From: Alphaproteobacteria bacterium
GTDB taxonomy: Bacteria > Pseudomonadota > Alphaproteobacteria > UBA828
Length of the DNA: 64,000 bases
NCBI GenBank assembly: GCA_965214705.1
Contig: OZ243972.1
Span: 1,024,001-1,088,000, forward strand
Direction: 5' to 3'
Each line of letters opens with the position of its first letter. Within the stretch, counting starts at the first letter, position 1. The notes under the pieces are model-generated. The model was not told the origin of the DNA, searched no databases, and was given only the letters and a program-made list of their open reading frames with translations. Made by a program: the position numbers and the translations under genes. Of the stretch, positions 21,452 through 32,497 are shown in pieces.

Positions 21452-21916
21452 ATGGAGATCGCGGACCTCTTGCCATTGAGCGGCGTCCTGGACGACGTGA
21501 GGGCGGCCAGCAAGAAGCAGGCGCTGCAGGAGCTCGCTGCCATCGCCGCGACCCAGACGGCGCAGGAGGAACGCACCGTTCTCGACCTGCTGCTCGCGCG
21601 CGAGCGTCTGGGCTCGACCGGGGTCGGTGCCGGGGTTGCGATCCCACATGGCAGACTCACCAGCCTCACGCGGCTCTCGGCGGTGTTCGCCCGCCTGCGG
21701 GAGCCCATCGAGTTCGACGCGGTGGACGGGAAGCCGGTGGACCTCATTTTCCTGCTGCTCGCACCGGACTCCGCGGGATCGGATCATCTGAAGGCGTTGG
21801 CGCTGGTCTCGCGCCTGCTGCGCGACCACCGCGTGTGCGCGCGCCTGCGCGGCGCCGACAACGCGGAGGCGCTTTATGCCGTCCTCACCGGCGCGGCCGG
21901 CACGTCGCGGGCGTGA
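21452..21916 (+). CDS. ptsN: PTS EIIA-Ntr
   Basis: RERLGSTGVGAGVAIPHG, PVDLIFLLLAP and HLKALA. Confidence 0.95.
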   Translation: MEIADLLPLSGVLDDVRAASKKQALQELAAIAATQTAQEERTVLDLLLARERLGSTGVGAGVAIPHGRLTSLTRLSAVFARLREPIEFDAVDGKPVDLIFLLLAPDSAGSDHLKALALVSRLLRDHRVCARLRGADNAEALYAVLTGAAGTSRA

Positions 21917-22419
21917 GCACCCGGCCGATTGACAGCCGCCCCGCCGGGCCGCACGGTCGCGCCATGGTTCTGGTTCATGCCAGCTGCGTCGCCCTGGAGG
22001 GCAAGGGGGTGCTGCTGCGCGGCGCCCCCGGCGCCGGCAAGTCGGACCTCGCGCTGCGCCTGATCGAGGGCGGGGCGCGGCTCGTGGCGGACGATCAGGT
22101 AGCATTGACGGGCACCGGCGAGAGGCTGTTCGCGGCGCCGCCGGCGCGGATCGCAGGACTGCTCGAAGTGCGCGGGATCGGGATCGTCTCGATGGAATTC
22201 CTGTCCCAATGCCCGGTCCACCTCGTGGTCGATTTGGTCCAGCCCGACAAGGTCGAGCGCAGCCCGGAGGCCGCGACCATCGACCTCTGCGACCATCGAA
22301 TCGCGCACGTGGCACTCGCCCCATTTGAGGCGTCGACGCCGGCGAAGGTCAGGCTCGCGCTCTCGCGCGCCGCTGCTGCCGGGCAGGACGTTCTAGCAAC
22401 GCGCTCGGCCGGAAGATGA
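21913..22419 (+). CDS. hprK: HPr kinase/phosphorylase (short alphaproteobacterial type)
   Basis: VHASCV, GAPGAGKS, LVADDQV and LEVRGIGI. The GTG overlaps the ptsN stop; an alternative ATG is at 21964. Confidence 0.9.
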   Translation: MSTRPIDSRPAGPHGRAMVLVHASCVALEGKGVLLRGAPGAGKSDLALRLIEGGARLVADDQVALTGTGERLFAAPPARIAGLLEVRGIGIVSMEFLSQCPVHLVVDLVQPDKVERSPEAATIDLCDHRIAHVALAPFEASTPAKVRLALSRAAAAGQDVLATRSAGR

Positions 22420-23330
22420 GCGCGGATCCCTCTGGCAGTCGTGCTCTCGTGCTGGTGACGGGAATGTCCGGCGCCGGCAAGTCGACCGCGCTCAAAATCC
22501 TGGAAGACCTCGGCTACGAGGCGATCGACAACCTGCCCCTCTCGCTGCTCTCGGAGCTGGTCCAGGCGCGGGGCGAGAACGGGCGGCCGGGCCCGCTCGC
22601 GCTGGGCATCGATTCGCGGACGAGGGGGTTCGATCCCGGCGACATCGAGCGCTATCTCGAGCCGCTACTTGGCGAGGGCGAGCGTGGTGAGATCGCGCTG
22701 CTCTTTCTCGACTGCGAGACCGGGGTACTGCGCCGGCGCTTCAGCGAGACTCGCCGCCCACACCCACTGGCGCACGACGAACCTGTCGACGAGGGAATTC
22801 GGCGCGAGCGCGCGCTGCTCGGCTGGGTCCGCGACCGGGCGGACCTCACCGTCAACACCAGCCGGCTTTCCGTCCGCGATCTGCGCAGCATCATCGCCGC
22901 ACGCTTTGGGCCCGAGACCGGGCGGGCGCCCGCGATCTTCGTGCTCTCCTTCGCCTACAGCCGCGGTGTGCCGCCGGACGCCGACTTCGTGTTCGATGCC
23001 CGCTTCCTCACCAACCCTCACCATGTGCCGGCGCTTCGGCCGCTGACCGGGCGGGAGCCCGAGGTCGCCCGCCACGTGCGGGATGACCCGGCTTATGGCC
23101 CGTTCTTCGAAGGCATGGTCGCGATGCTCAAGCCGCTGCTACCGGCCTTTGAGCGGGACGGGCGCTCCTACCTCACCATCGCGCTCGGATGCACGGGCGG
23201 GCGGCACCGCTCCGTCGCCGTGGCCGAGCACCTGGCCGAGACGCTCGGCGGCGGGCGCTGGCAGGTCACGGTGCGCCACCGCGATCTCGACACCGAGCCC
23301 GCGGCACCTGCGATGCAAGCCAACGGATGA
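22416..23330 (+). CDS. rapZ: RNase adapter RapZ/YvcJ P-loop protein
   Basis: GMSGAGKS, DNLP, ETRRPHPL, DARFL.NP and GCTGGRHRSV. Confidence 0.93.
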   Translation: MSADPSGSRALVLVTGMSGAGKSTALKILEDLGYEAIDNLPLSLLSELVQARGENGRPGPLALGIDSRTRGFDPGDIERYLEPLLGEGERGEIALLFLDCETGVLRRRFSETRRPHPLAHDEPVDEGIRRERALLGWVRDRADLTVNTSRLSVRDLRSIIAARFGPETGRAPAIFVLSFAYSRGVPPDADFVFDARFLTNPHHVPALRPLTGREPEVARHVRDDPAYGPFFEGMVAMLKPLLPAFERDGRSYLTIALGCTGGRHRSVAVAEHLAETLGGGRWQVTVRHRDLDTEPAAPAMQANG

Positions 23331-23334
23331 CCCG

Positions 23335-23742
23335 ATGATCGGACTCGTTCTTGTCACGCACGGGCAACTCGCCGAGGAGTTCGTTGCGGCGACCGAGCAC
23401 GTCGTCGGGCCGCAATCCCGCACGCGCGCCATTTGCATCGGCCCCGACGACGACATGGAGCAGCGCCGCCAGGACATTCTCGACGCCATCGGCGCGACCG
23501 ATGAGGGCGACGGGGTCATTGTGCTCACCGACATGTTCGGCGGGACGCCCTCGAACCTCGCCATCTCGGTCATGGAGAGCGCGAACGTCGAGGTCATCGC
23601 CGGCGTGAACCTGCCGATGCTGATCAAGCTCGCGAGCGTACGCTCGGGCAGCGATCTGCGGGGTGCCGTGGCCGCGGCGCAGGAGGCCGGGCGCACCTAT
23701 ATCCATGTCGCAGGCAGGCTGCTCGAGGGTGACGAGACATGA
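23335..23742 (+). CDS. PTS EIIA mannose/fructose-type (ManX-like)
   Basis: IGLVLVTHG, TDMFGGTPSN and GVNLPML. Confidence 0.92.
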   Translation: MIGLVLVTHGQLAEEFVAATEHVVGPQSRTRAICIGPDDDMEQRRQDILDAIGATDEGDGVIVLTDMFGGTPSNLAISVMESANVEVIAGVNLPMLIKLASVRSGSDLRGAVAAAQEAGRTYIHVAGRLLEGDET

Positions 23743-24038
23743 GCGCGGCGGCGACCGAGGCCGGCGACGGGAGCCACCGTCGCACATGCCTGATCGCCAA
23801 CCGGCGAGGGCTGCACGCGCGGGCCGCCGCCAAGTTCGTCAAGACCGCCTCGTGCTTCAATATTGATGTCGCGGTCTCCTGCAACGGCACGCGGGTCTCG
23901 GGCCTGTCGATCCTGGGGCTGATGATGCTGGCGGCGGGGCCGGGTACCGAGATCGAGATCGAGACCGCGGGCAGAGATGCGGCGGTGGCGCTGGCAGCGT
24001 TGGCAAAGCTCGTGGACGGTGGCTTCGATGAAGACTGA
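23739..24038 (+). CDS. ptsH: HPr/NPr phosphocarrier protein
   Basis: NRRGLHARAA (His15) and SILGLMMLAA (Ser46). Confidence 0.93.
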   Translation: MSAAATEAGDGSHRRTCLIANRRGLHARAAAKFVKTASCFNIDVAVSCNGTRVSGLSILGLMMLAAGPGTEIEIETAGRDAAVALAALAKLVDGGFDED

Positions 24039-25830
24039 AGCAAGCTCCGCTGTCGCGCGCCCGCAGGCCGTTGAGATCGCGGAGCGGCCTGAGCGGCACT
24101 TCAGCGGCCTCGGGGTCTCCGCCGGCATCGCGGTGGGACCCGCGCATGTGGTCGAGCGCGGCCTCATCGACGTGCCGGAGTACCGTATCGAGGACGACGC
24201 GATCGAGACCGAAATCGCGCGTTTTGGCGACGCCGTCACGCTTTCCGCATCGCAGATCCGCAACCTCCAGGCCCAGGCCGAGACTCTGCCGGAGGAGGTG
24301 GCCGGCCAGCTTCGCCACCTGCTCGATGCGCACCTGCTGATGCTGACGGGCTCGCGGCTCGTGCGTGGCGTCGAGGCCCGCATCCGGGACGCCCGCATCA
24401 ACGCCGAGGCGGCAGTCCAGGTACAGCTCTCGGAAATCGCGCAGGCCTTCGCCGTGATGGAGGACCCCTACCTCGCAGGCAAGATCGACGACGTGCGCGA
24501 GGCCAGCGCACGCCTCGTGCGAAACCTGACCCGTGCGGGCTATCAGGCTTTCTCTGGCCTGCCCCCCGGTACCATCGTCATCGCCGAGGAGATCACGCCG
24601 GCCGATACCGCGCTCATGGACCCCGCGCGCATCGGCGGCTTCGCCGCAGCGCTTGGCGGCGCCGAGGGGCATACCGCGATCATGGCACGCTCGCTCGGGT
24701 TGCCGGCAGTGCTCGGGGTGGCGGACCTGGCCGGCGCCGTGCGCTCGGGCGACATCGTGGCGGTGGACGGTGTGCGCGGTGGGCTCGTGGTCAACCCCGA
24801 CGAGACGACGATCGCGCGGCTCGAGCGCCGCCGCCGCGCGCTTGAGCGGCGCGAGCGCCAGCTCGCTCGGCTGCGCGAGGTCGCGGCCATATCGTCCGAC
24901 GGCGCGCGCGTGACCCTGCAATGCAACATCGAGCTGCCAAACGAGCTGCCGCAGGCGCAGGAGGCAGGCGCCGAGGGCATCGGGCTCCTGCGCAGCGAGT
25001 TCCTCTACATGAACCGCGAGGAGCCGCCGAGCGAGGACGAGCAATACGTCGCGCTCAAGGAGATCGTCGCCGGCATGGAGGGAGCGCCGGTGACCGTGCG
25101 CACCCTCGATGTGGGTTCGGACAAGCTCGCCTACTCCCTCGGCGAGCACATCGCGCCGAGCGTCAATCCGGCGCTCGGGCTCCGCGCCATCCGCCTTTCG
25201 CTCAAGACGCCGGCACTGCTGGAGGCGCAGATCGCGGCGATCCTCCGCGCCGGTGCCCACGGGCCCGTGCGCATCCTCGTGCCGATGATCACCTCGGTGG
25301 AAGAGATCAGACATGTGCGGAAGGCCGTGGACAAAATGATCCGCCGGCTGACCCGAAAACGGGTGGCGATCGCCGATGCGCCGCCGCTCGGCATCATGAT
25401 CGAGACGCCGGGCGCGGCGCTCGCGGCCGATGCGCTGGCCAACGCCTGCGACTTTTTCTCGCTCGGTACCAACGACCTCACCATGTACACGCTCGCGATC
25501 GACCGCGGCGACGATCAGGTCGCGCACCTGTACGACCCTCTCCATCCCGCAGTGCTCCGGCTGATCCGCTTCGCCACTGACGCGGCCCGGCGCGCCGAAA
25601 TCCCGGTCAATCTCTGCGGCGAGCTCGCGGGCAACCCGCGTTTCACCGCGATGCTGCTGGGCTTCGGCCTGCGCGATCTCTCCATGGCGCCACCGAACGT
25701 GCCGCGCGTGAAGCAACGCATCCTCACGCTGGATGCCGGCAAGGCGGCAGGCCATGCGGAGGAGCTGCTGAGGCAGACCGAGGCGGGCCGTATCGCGAAG
25801 CTGATCGACGCCTTTCCCAATGGAGAGTGA
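24028..25830 (+). CDS. ptsI: PEP-protein phosphotransferase enzyme I (no GAF domain)
   Basis: GHTAIMARS, GIGLLRSEFL, NPALGLRAIR, GTNDLT and LCGE. About 600 aa, with no N-terminal GAF domain. Confidence 0.92.
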   Translation: MKTEASSAVARPQAVEIAERPERHFSGLGVSAGIAVGPAHVVERGLIDVPEYRIEDDAIETEIARFGDAVTLSASQIRNLQAQAETLPEEVAGQLRHLLDAHLLMLTGSRLVRGVEARIRDARINAEAAVQVQLSEIAQAFAVMEDPYLAGKIDDVREASARLVRNLTRAGYQAFSGLPPGTIVIAEEITPADTALMDPARIGGFAAALGGAEGHTAIMARSLGLPAVLGVADLAGAVRSGDIVAVDGVRGGLVVNPDETTIARLERRRRALERRERQLARLREVAAISSDGARVTLQCNIELPNELPQAQEAGAEGIGLLRSEFLYMNREEPPSEDEQYVALKEIVAGMEGAPVTVRTLDVGSDKLAYSLGEHIAPSVNPALGLRAIRLSLKTPALLEAQIAAILRAGAHGPVRILVPMITSVEEIRHVRKAVDKMIRRLTRKRVAIADAPPLGIMIETPGAALAADALANACDFFSLGTNDLTMYTLAIDRGDDQVAHLYDPLHPAVLRLIRFATDAARRAEIPVNLCGELAGNPRFTAMLLGFGLRDLSMAPPNVPRVKQRILTLDAGKAAGHAEELLRQTEAGRIAKLIDAFPNGE

Positions 25831-25869
25831 AGCCCGTCCAGCGGCGGCCGGCTCGCGCGCTTGCGCCTG

Positions 25870-25898
25870 TTGTGAGCCCCCGGCGGCGGTGCTAAAAG
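25870..25898 (+). promoter_or_regulatory. Candidate sigma70 promoter of ahcY
   Basis: TTGTGA-17 nt-TAAAAG, with TG-C immediately before the -10 element. Confidence 0.45.
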
Positions 25899-25947
25899 CC
25901 GCGCCGGCAGCGGCGCGGACGCCGCTCCGGCGAGCAAGGAACCAAGA

Positions 25948-27243
<1,296 letters not shown>

Positions 27244-27289
27244 CGATAGGGCGCCGGGCGCCACGGGGAGCGAGAGCGCGACACCGCGC

Positions 27290-27775
27290 GTGCCGCTGAC
27301 CGTGCGCGCCGATGCGTTGGCGGAGACCGAGCGGCTGGCGCAGCGCCTCGCCCCGCACGCGGCGTCGGGCGACATAATCGGGCTCTGTGGGCCGCTCGGC
27401 AGCGGCAAGACCGCCTTCGCCCGTGCCTTCATCCGCGCTCGGCTCGGCCGCCCTGCGGAGGAGGTGCCGAGCCCCACCTTCACGCTGGTGCAGCTCTACG
27501 AGCACGCGGCCGGCGCGATCTGGCACTTCGACCTCTACCGCCTGAGCGCGCCGGAGGACGCCTACGAGCTCGGCATCGAGGATGCGTTCGCAGCCGCGAT
27601 TTCGCTGATCGAATGGCCGGAGAAGCTGGGCGCCATGATGCCCGCCGACCGGCTGGAGGTGAGGCTCGCGCCGGCAGAGGACGAAGAGTCGCGGCGCATC
27701 GCGATCGCTGCTCACGGGCTGCGTGCCGGGAGGTTGGCCGTGGCGCTTGCCCGAGACCTGGAGCCTGGCGCGTGA
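27290..27775 (+). CDS. tsaE: tRNA t6A biosynthesis ATPase TsaE
   Basis: GPLGSGKT, VPSPTFTLVQ, HFDLYRL and LIEWPE. Confidence 0.92.
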   Translation: MPLTVRADALAETERLAQRLAPHAASGDIIGLCGPLGSGKTAFARAFIRARLGRPAEEVPSPTFTLVQLYEHAAGAIWHFDLYRLSAPEDAYELGIEDAFAAAISLIEWPEKLGAMMPADRLEVRLAPAEDEESRRIAIAAHGLRAGRLAVALARDLEPGA

Positions 27776-28776
27776 GCGAGCGCGAGCGGCAGCGGCGGGC
27801 CTTCGCGGCGCGCGCGGGCTGGGGCGAGGCGGCGCACGCTGTGCTGGCCGGCGACGCCTCGGCACGGAAATACGAACGGCTGTCGCGCGGCGATGCGACG
27901 GCCGTGCTCATGGACGATCCGCCGCCGGGGCATTCCGTCGGCGCCTTCGTGCGGATCGCGCGCCTGCTGCGCGGCATGGGTTACAGCGCGCCGGTAATCC
28001 TTGCCGTTGACGAAGCGCAGGGGTTCGCCTTGCTCGAAGACTTCGGCGACGACAGTTTTGCGGCCCTGCTGGACGGGCCCGATGCTTCCAGCCTGGAACG
28101 CACGCTTTACGAGGCAGCGACCGACTTTCTGATCGATCTCCACCGCCGGCCGGTGCCGCCCGATCTTCCTCGGTACGATCCCGATTGGATGCTGAGCGAT
28201 GCTGCGCTCTTTCTTGAAGCCGCCATCGCCGTCGAGGCGGAAACCGCGATGGCGGCGGAATTCGAAGCGGCGTGGCGAAAGCCGCTGGAAGCCACGGTGC
28301 AAGGGCCGGCCGTGCTTTGCCTGCGCGATTTTCACGCCGGCAACCTGATGTGGTTGCCCGAACGGGGCGATGCGGGTTGCGGCACGAGCGGGCTCGCCCG
28401 GATCGGTTTGCTGGACTTTCAGGATGCGCGCGCTGGACCCCCGGCTTACGACCTGGTCTCGCTGCTGCAGGACGCCCGGCGCGACCTTGGCGCCGGCCTC
28501 GAGGCTGCGATGGTGACGCGTTACCTCGGCGCATCGCCAGGCCTCGACGAAGCGGCGTTCCGCGCGGCCTACGCCATCCTCGGTGCGCAGCGTGCGGTGC
28601 GGATCATCGGCGTCTTTCACCGCTTGGCGCGGCGGGACGGCAAGCCCGCCTACCTCGCCCATTTGCCGCGGGTGTGGCGGCACCTCGAGGCTGACCTCGC
28701 CCATCCGGCGCTCGCCCCGGTGCGAGCCTGGTTCGAGCGCTGGGTCCCGCCCGACGCGCGGAGCTCCGCTCTGTGA
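27772..28776 (+). CDS. amgK: Anomeric MurNAc/GlcNAc kinase (APH-like)
   Basis: LAGDASARKY, LLEDFGD, RDFHAGNL and LDFQDA; tsaE-amgK-murU synteny. Confidence 0.85.
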   Translation: MSERERQRRAFAARAGWGEAAHAVLAGDASARKYERLSRGDATAVLMDDPPPGHSVGAFVRIARLLRGMGYSAPVILAVDEAQGFALLEDFGDDSFAALLDGPDASSLERTLYEAATDFLIDLHRRPVPPDLPRYDPDWMLSDAALFLEAAIAVEAETAMAAEFEAAWRKPLEATVQGPAVLCLRDFHAGNLMWLPERGDAGCGTSGLARIGLLDFQDARAGPPAYDLVSLLQDARRDLGAGLEAAMVTRYLGASPGLDEAAFRAAYAILGAQRAVRIIGVFHRLARRDGKPAYLAHLPRVWRHLEADLAHPALAPVRAWFERWVPPDARSSAL

Positions 28777-29516
28777 ACGCCCGGCCTACGCGCGCGATGG
28801 TGCTCGCGGCAGGCCTCGGCACGCGCATGGGCGCGATGAGCGAGACGATTCCGAAGCCGTTGGTGCCGGTCGCCAACAAGCCCCTCATCACCCACGCCCT
28901 GGAAAGCCTGGAACAGGCTGGGGTGGCGGAGATCGTGGTCAACACTCATCACCTAGCGGCGCAAATCGAAGCCTTTCTCGACACATATGCGGTGCGTCCC
29001 GGCGCGCCGCGCATCCATATCTCGCGGGAGGCGGAGCGGCTGGAGACCGGCGGCGGAGTCCGCCAGGCACTCCCGTGCCTCGGCGACGACGCGTTCTATG
29101 TCTTGAACAGCGATGTCGTCGTCGTGGAGCGAGACGCGCCGGCGCTCGCGCGCCTCGCCGAGACGTGGGATGAGCAGACGATGGATGCGTTGCTCCTCCT
29201 CTGCCCGCTGGCGCGTGCGGCGGGCTACGAAGGCGCTGGCGACTTCTTCTGTCATGAGGACGGGCGGCTCAGCCGGCGCGGCAGGGCGCAGACCGCGCCC
29301 TTCGTCTTCACCGGCACGCAGCTCCTGCACCCACGGCTCTTCGCAGACGCGCCGGCGGGCGCCTACTCGCTCAACCACCACTATGACGAGGCGCTCCTCG
29401 CCGGCCGTCTGTTCGGGCTGATGCATGGCGGGCACATGCTCCACGTCGGCTCGCCGGAAGGGCTTGAAGCCGCCGAGCGCTATCTCGCGGGCGACCCGGG
29501 CGGAGGAGCCGGATGA
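28773..29516 (+). CDS. murU: MurNAc-1-phosphate uridylyltransferase
   Basis: LAAGLGTRM, PKPLV, LETGGG and NSD; synteny. Confidence 0.85.
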   Translation: MNARPTRAMVLAAGLGTRMGAMSETIPKPLVPVANKPLITHALESLEQAGVAEIVVNTHHLAAQIEAFLDTYAVRPGAPRIHISREAERLETGGGVRQALPCLGDDAFYVLNSDVVVVERDAPALARLAETWDEQTMDALLLLCPLARAAGYEGAGDFFCHEDGRLSRRGRAQTAPFVFTGTQLLHPRLFADAPAGAYSLNHHYDEALLAGRLFGLMHGGHMLHVGSPEGLEAAERYLAGDPGGGAG

Positions 29517-32497
29517 GCGCGGGCGCGCCCACCCTCTACACGGTGCCGCTCCATGTCTCGTTCGTGGATGCGCTGGCGGAGGGCCTGCTCGCCGGCCGGG
29601 TGACGGCGCTCGACCCGGACGACCCGCTGGCGCTGAGCCGCCTCACCATGCTGCTGCCCACGCGCCGCGCCTGCCGGGCGCTGGGCCTCGCCTTCCTCCA
29701 TGCGGCACCGGGGCAGGCGCTGCTGCTGCCGCGCATTCGCCCGCTTGGCGACATCGACGAGGACGAAGCGAGCATCGGCGACGAAGCGGACGAAGCGCTG
29801 CCCGACGCCGTCTCACCGCTGGAGCGCCGGCTCATGCTTGCGCGCCTGATCCAGAGGCTTGGCGAGACGCCGGGCGGCGCGGCGCTCACTGGTGCGGGCG
29901 CCGTGGATCAGGCCGCCCGGCTCGCCAGCGCGCTTGCCAGCCTGTTCGACGAAATCCAGATCGCCCGACGCGACCCCAAGGGGCTCGCCGACCTCGCACC
30001 GGAGGAATACGCGGCGCACTGGCAGCAGGTGCTGCGCTTCCTCTCCCTCATCACCGACAACTGGCCCGCGATCCTGGCGGAGAAGGGCCTGATGGACCCG
30101 GCCGCGCGCCGCAACGCCCTGCTGGAAGCGCTCGCCGAACGGTGGGCTGAGACGCCGCCGGCGCATCCGGTGATCGCTGCCGGCTCCACAGGCAGCGTGC
30201 CGGCCACACGCGACCTGCTGGCCACCGTCGCCCGCCTGCCTCAAGGTGTCGTCGTCCTCCCCGGTCTCGATACGGAGGCCGACGATGCGACCTGGAAGGC
30301 GATCGGTCCCACCCATCCACAGTACGCGCTGAAGGGGCTGCTCGAACGCATCGGCGTCACGCGCAGCGAGGTCGCGCCGTGGCCGGGCGGTGAGGCAGCG
30401 GGCACCGCCGCCACGCGCGCCCGCGCGCGGTTGATCGCCGACGCCATGCGGCCGGCGGAGACCATTACCGCCTGGCGCGCGCTGCCCCCGCCGGCACCCG
30501 ACGCGCTCCGCGACATGCACCGGATCGACTGTGCAAGCCCGCAGGAGGAGGCGGGCGTCATCGCCATCGTCATGCGCCGCGCGCTGGAGACTCCGGGCCG
30601 CACCGCCGCGCTGGTGACGGCGGACCGCGCCCTGGCCCGCCGGGTTTCGGCAGAGCTTAGGCGCTGGAACATCGACGTGGACGATTCAGCCGGTGAGCCG
30701 CTGGGAGAGACGGCGCCCGGCGCCTTCCTGCGGCTCACCGCACGCATGATTGCCGAGCAGGCCGCGCCGGTCCCGCTGCTGGCCGCGCTGAAGCATCCGC
30801 TCGCGGCTGGTGGCCAAGCGCCCGCCACATTCCGCCGCTCAGTGCGCGCGATGGAGACGGCGATCCTGCGGGGCCCCCGGCCTGCGCCAGGGTTCGCCGG
30901 CCTGCGGGTAGCGCTGAAGGAGCATGACGCGGCCATCCGCCCCTGGCTCGAAGGCCTGGAAGCTGCCGCCGCGCCTTTCGCCGCCCTCATGGCCCGGCCC
31001 GAGGCCGACGCGCGCAAACTCTTGCAAGCACATGTCGAATTCGCGGAATGGCTCGCGGCCACGGACGACGAGGCGGGGGCCGCGCGGCTCTGGTCGGGCG
31101 AGGCGGGCGCGCAGGCGGCGTGCTTCGTCGCCGGACTCTTGGAAGCGGCGCCGGCGCTGCTGCCGGTCGCACCTGCCCACTATCAGGCACTGCTCGACGC
31201 GCTGATGGAGGACCATGTGGTCCGCCCGCCCTATGGCCGCCATCCCCGCCTGCAAATCTGGGGTCCGCTGGAGGCCCGCCTGCAACATGCGGATTGCATG
31301 ATCCTGGGCGGGCTGAACGAGGGCGTCTGGCCGCCGGCGGCTGCGGGCGACCCGTGGATGAGCCGTCCCATGCGCGCGGACCTCGGCCTGCCGCCTCCGG
31401 AGCTTCGCATTGGGCTCTCCGCCCACGACTTCGTTCAATGCTGCGGCGCGCAGGAGGTCTATCTGACGAGGGCGCGGCGCATCGAGGGCACGCCGACCAT
31501 CCCGGCGCGCTGGCTCCAGCGTCTCGATGCCTTGCTGCCGAGTGGCTCCGAGGGTGCGGCGGCGCTGCGCACCATGGAGCCCGTGCTGCTCGCCTGGTGG
31601 GCGGCCCTGGACCGGCCGGCAGAGCCGCCCGGCCCCCGGCCTGCGCCGGCACCCGCGCCGCCTGTTACGGCGCGGCCCAGGCAACTCTCGGTCACGAAGA
31701 TCGAAACCTGGATCGCCGACCCCTATTCCATCTACGCGCGGGACATTTTGCGACTCAAGGTCCTTGATCCCGTCGACGCGGACCCGAGCGCGGCGGAGCG
31801 CGGCAGCATCATCCACCAGATTCTGGATGCCTTCGTGCGCGAGCACCCGGACACGTTGCCCCCGGATGCCGAGGCGCGACTGCTGGCGCTGGGTCGGGCG
31901 CAGTTCGAAGCGGCCGGCGCGCGCCCCGGCGTGCTGGCCTTCTGGTGGCCCCGCTTCGAGCGCATCGCCCACTGGTTCCTGGAGACCGAACAGACCCGGA
32001 GACCTGCATTCCAACCGCTCGCGACCGAGGTGGAGGGCGCCCTCGACCTTGAAGCGCCGGCGGGCCCCTTCCGCCTCACCGCCAAGGCGGACCGGATCGA
32101 CCGCACCGATGCGGGCGCGCTGGAAATCATCGACTACAAGACGGGGAGCGTTCCGAGTAAGAGCCACGTGAAGGACGGGCGCAACCCGCAGCTCGCGCTG
32201 GAGGCGGCGATCGCGGCCGCCGGCGGCTTCGCGGACGTCGACGCCGCCGAGGTCGCGGCCCTCGCCTACTGGAAGCTGAGCGGCGCCGAGACTGCCGGTG
32301 AGATCACCGCGATCGGCGACGATGCGAGCGCGCTCGCGCAAGCGGCGGCCGACGGCCTGCGTGCGCTGATCGCCCGCTTCGACGATCCGGCGACCCCGTA
32401 CCGCCCCGTGCCCCGGCCGGCGCTGGCGCCTGCCTGGAACGATTACGCCCACCTCGCCCGGCACAAGGAGTGGTCGGTGCCTGGAGGCGACCAGTGA
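29513..32497 (+). CDS. addB: Double-strand break repair protein AddB
   Basis: LPTRRA, AGSTGS, GPLEARLQ and a C-terminal PD-(D/E)xK nuclease (KADRID, IIDYKTG). Confidence 0.95.
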   Translation: MSAGAPTLYTVPLHVSFVDALAEGLLAGRVTALDPDDPLALSRLTMLLPTRRACRALGLAFLHAAPGQALLLPRIRPLGDIDEDEASIGDEADEALPDAVSPLERRLMLARLIQRLGETPGGAALTGAGAVDQAARLASALASLFDEIQIARRDPKGLADLAPEEYAAHWQQVLRFLSLITDNWPAILAEKGLMDPAARRNALLEALAERWAETPPAHPVIAAGSTGSVPATRDLLATVARLPQGVVVLPGLDTEADDATWKAIGPTHPQYALKGLLERIGVTRSEVAPWPGGEAAGTAATRARARLIADAMRPAETITAWRALPPPAPDALRDMHRIDCASPQEEAGVIAIVMRRALETPGRTAALVTADRALARRVSAELRRWNIDVDDSAGEPLGETAPGAFLRLTARMIAEQAAPVPLLAALKHPLAAGGQAPATFRRSVRAMETAILRGPRPAPGFAGLRVALKEHDAAIRPWLEGLEAAAAPFAALMARPEADARKLLQAHVEFAEWLAATDDEAGAARLWSGEAGAQAACFVAGLLEAAPALLPVAPAHYQALLDALMEDHVVRPPYGRHPRLQIWGPLEARLQHADCMILGGLNEGVWPPAAAGDPWMSRPMRADLGLPPPELRIGLSAHDFVQCCGAQEVYLTRARRIEGTPTIPARWLQRLDALLPSGSEGAAALRTMEPVLLAWWAALDRPAEPPGPRPAPAPAPPVTARPRQLSVTKIETWIADPYSIYARDILRLKVLDPVDADPSAAERGSIIHQILDAFVREHPDTLPPDAEARLLALGRAQFEAAGARPGVLAFWWPRFERIAHWFLETEQTRRPAFQPLATEVEGALDLEAPAGPFRLTAKADRIDRTDAGALEIIDYKTGSVPSKSHVKDGRNPQLALEAAIAAAGGFADVDAAEVAALAYWKLSGAETAGEITAIGDDASALAQAAADGLRALIARFDDPATPYRPVPRPALAPAWNDYAHLARHKEWSVPGGDQ

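Noticed and set aside
25831-25947. SAH or SAM riboswitch upstream of ahcY
   Set aside because: No recognisable consensus, and the predicted promoter leaves only a short leader.
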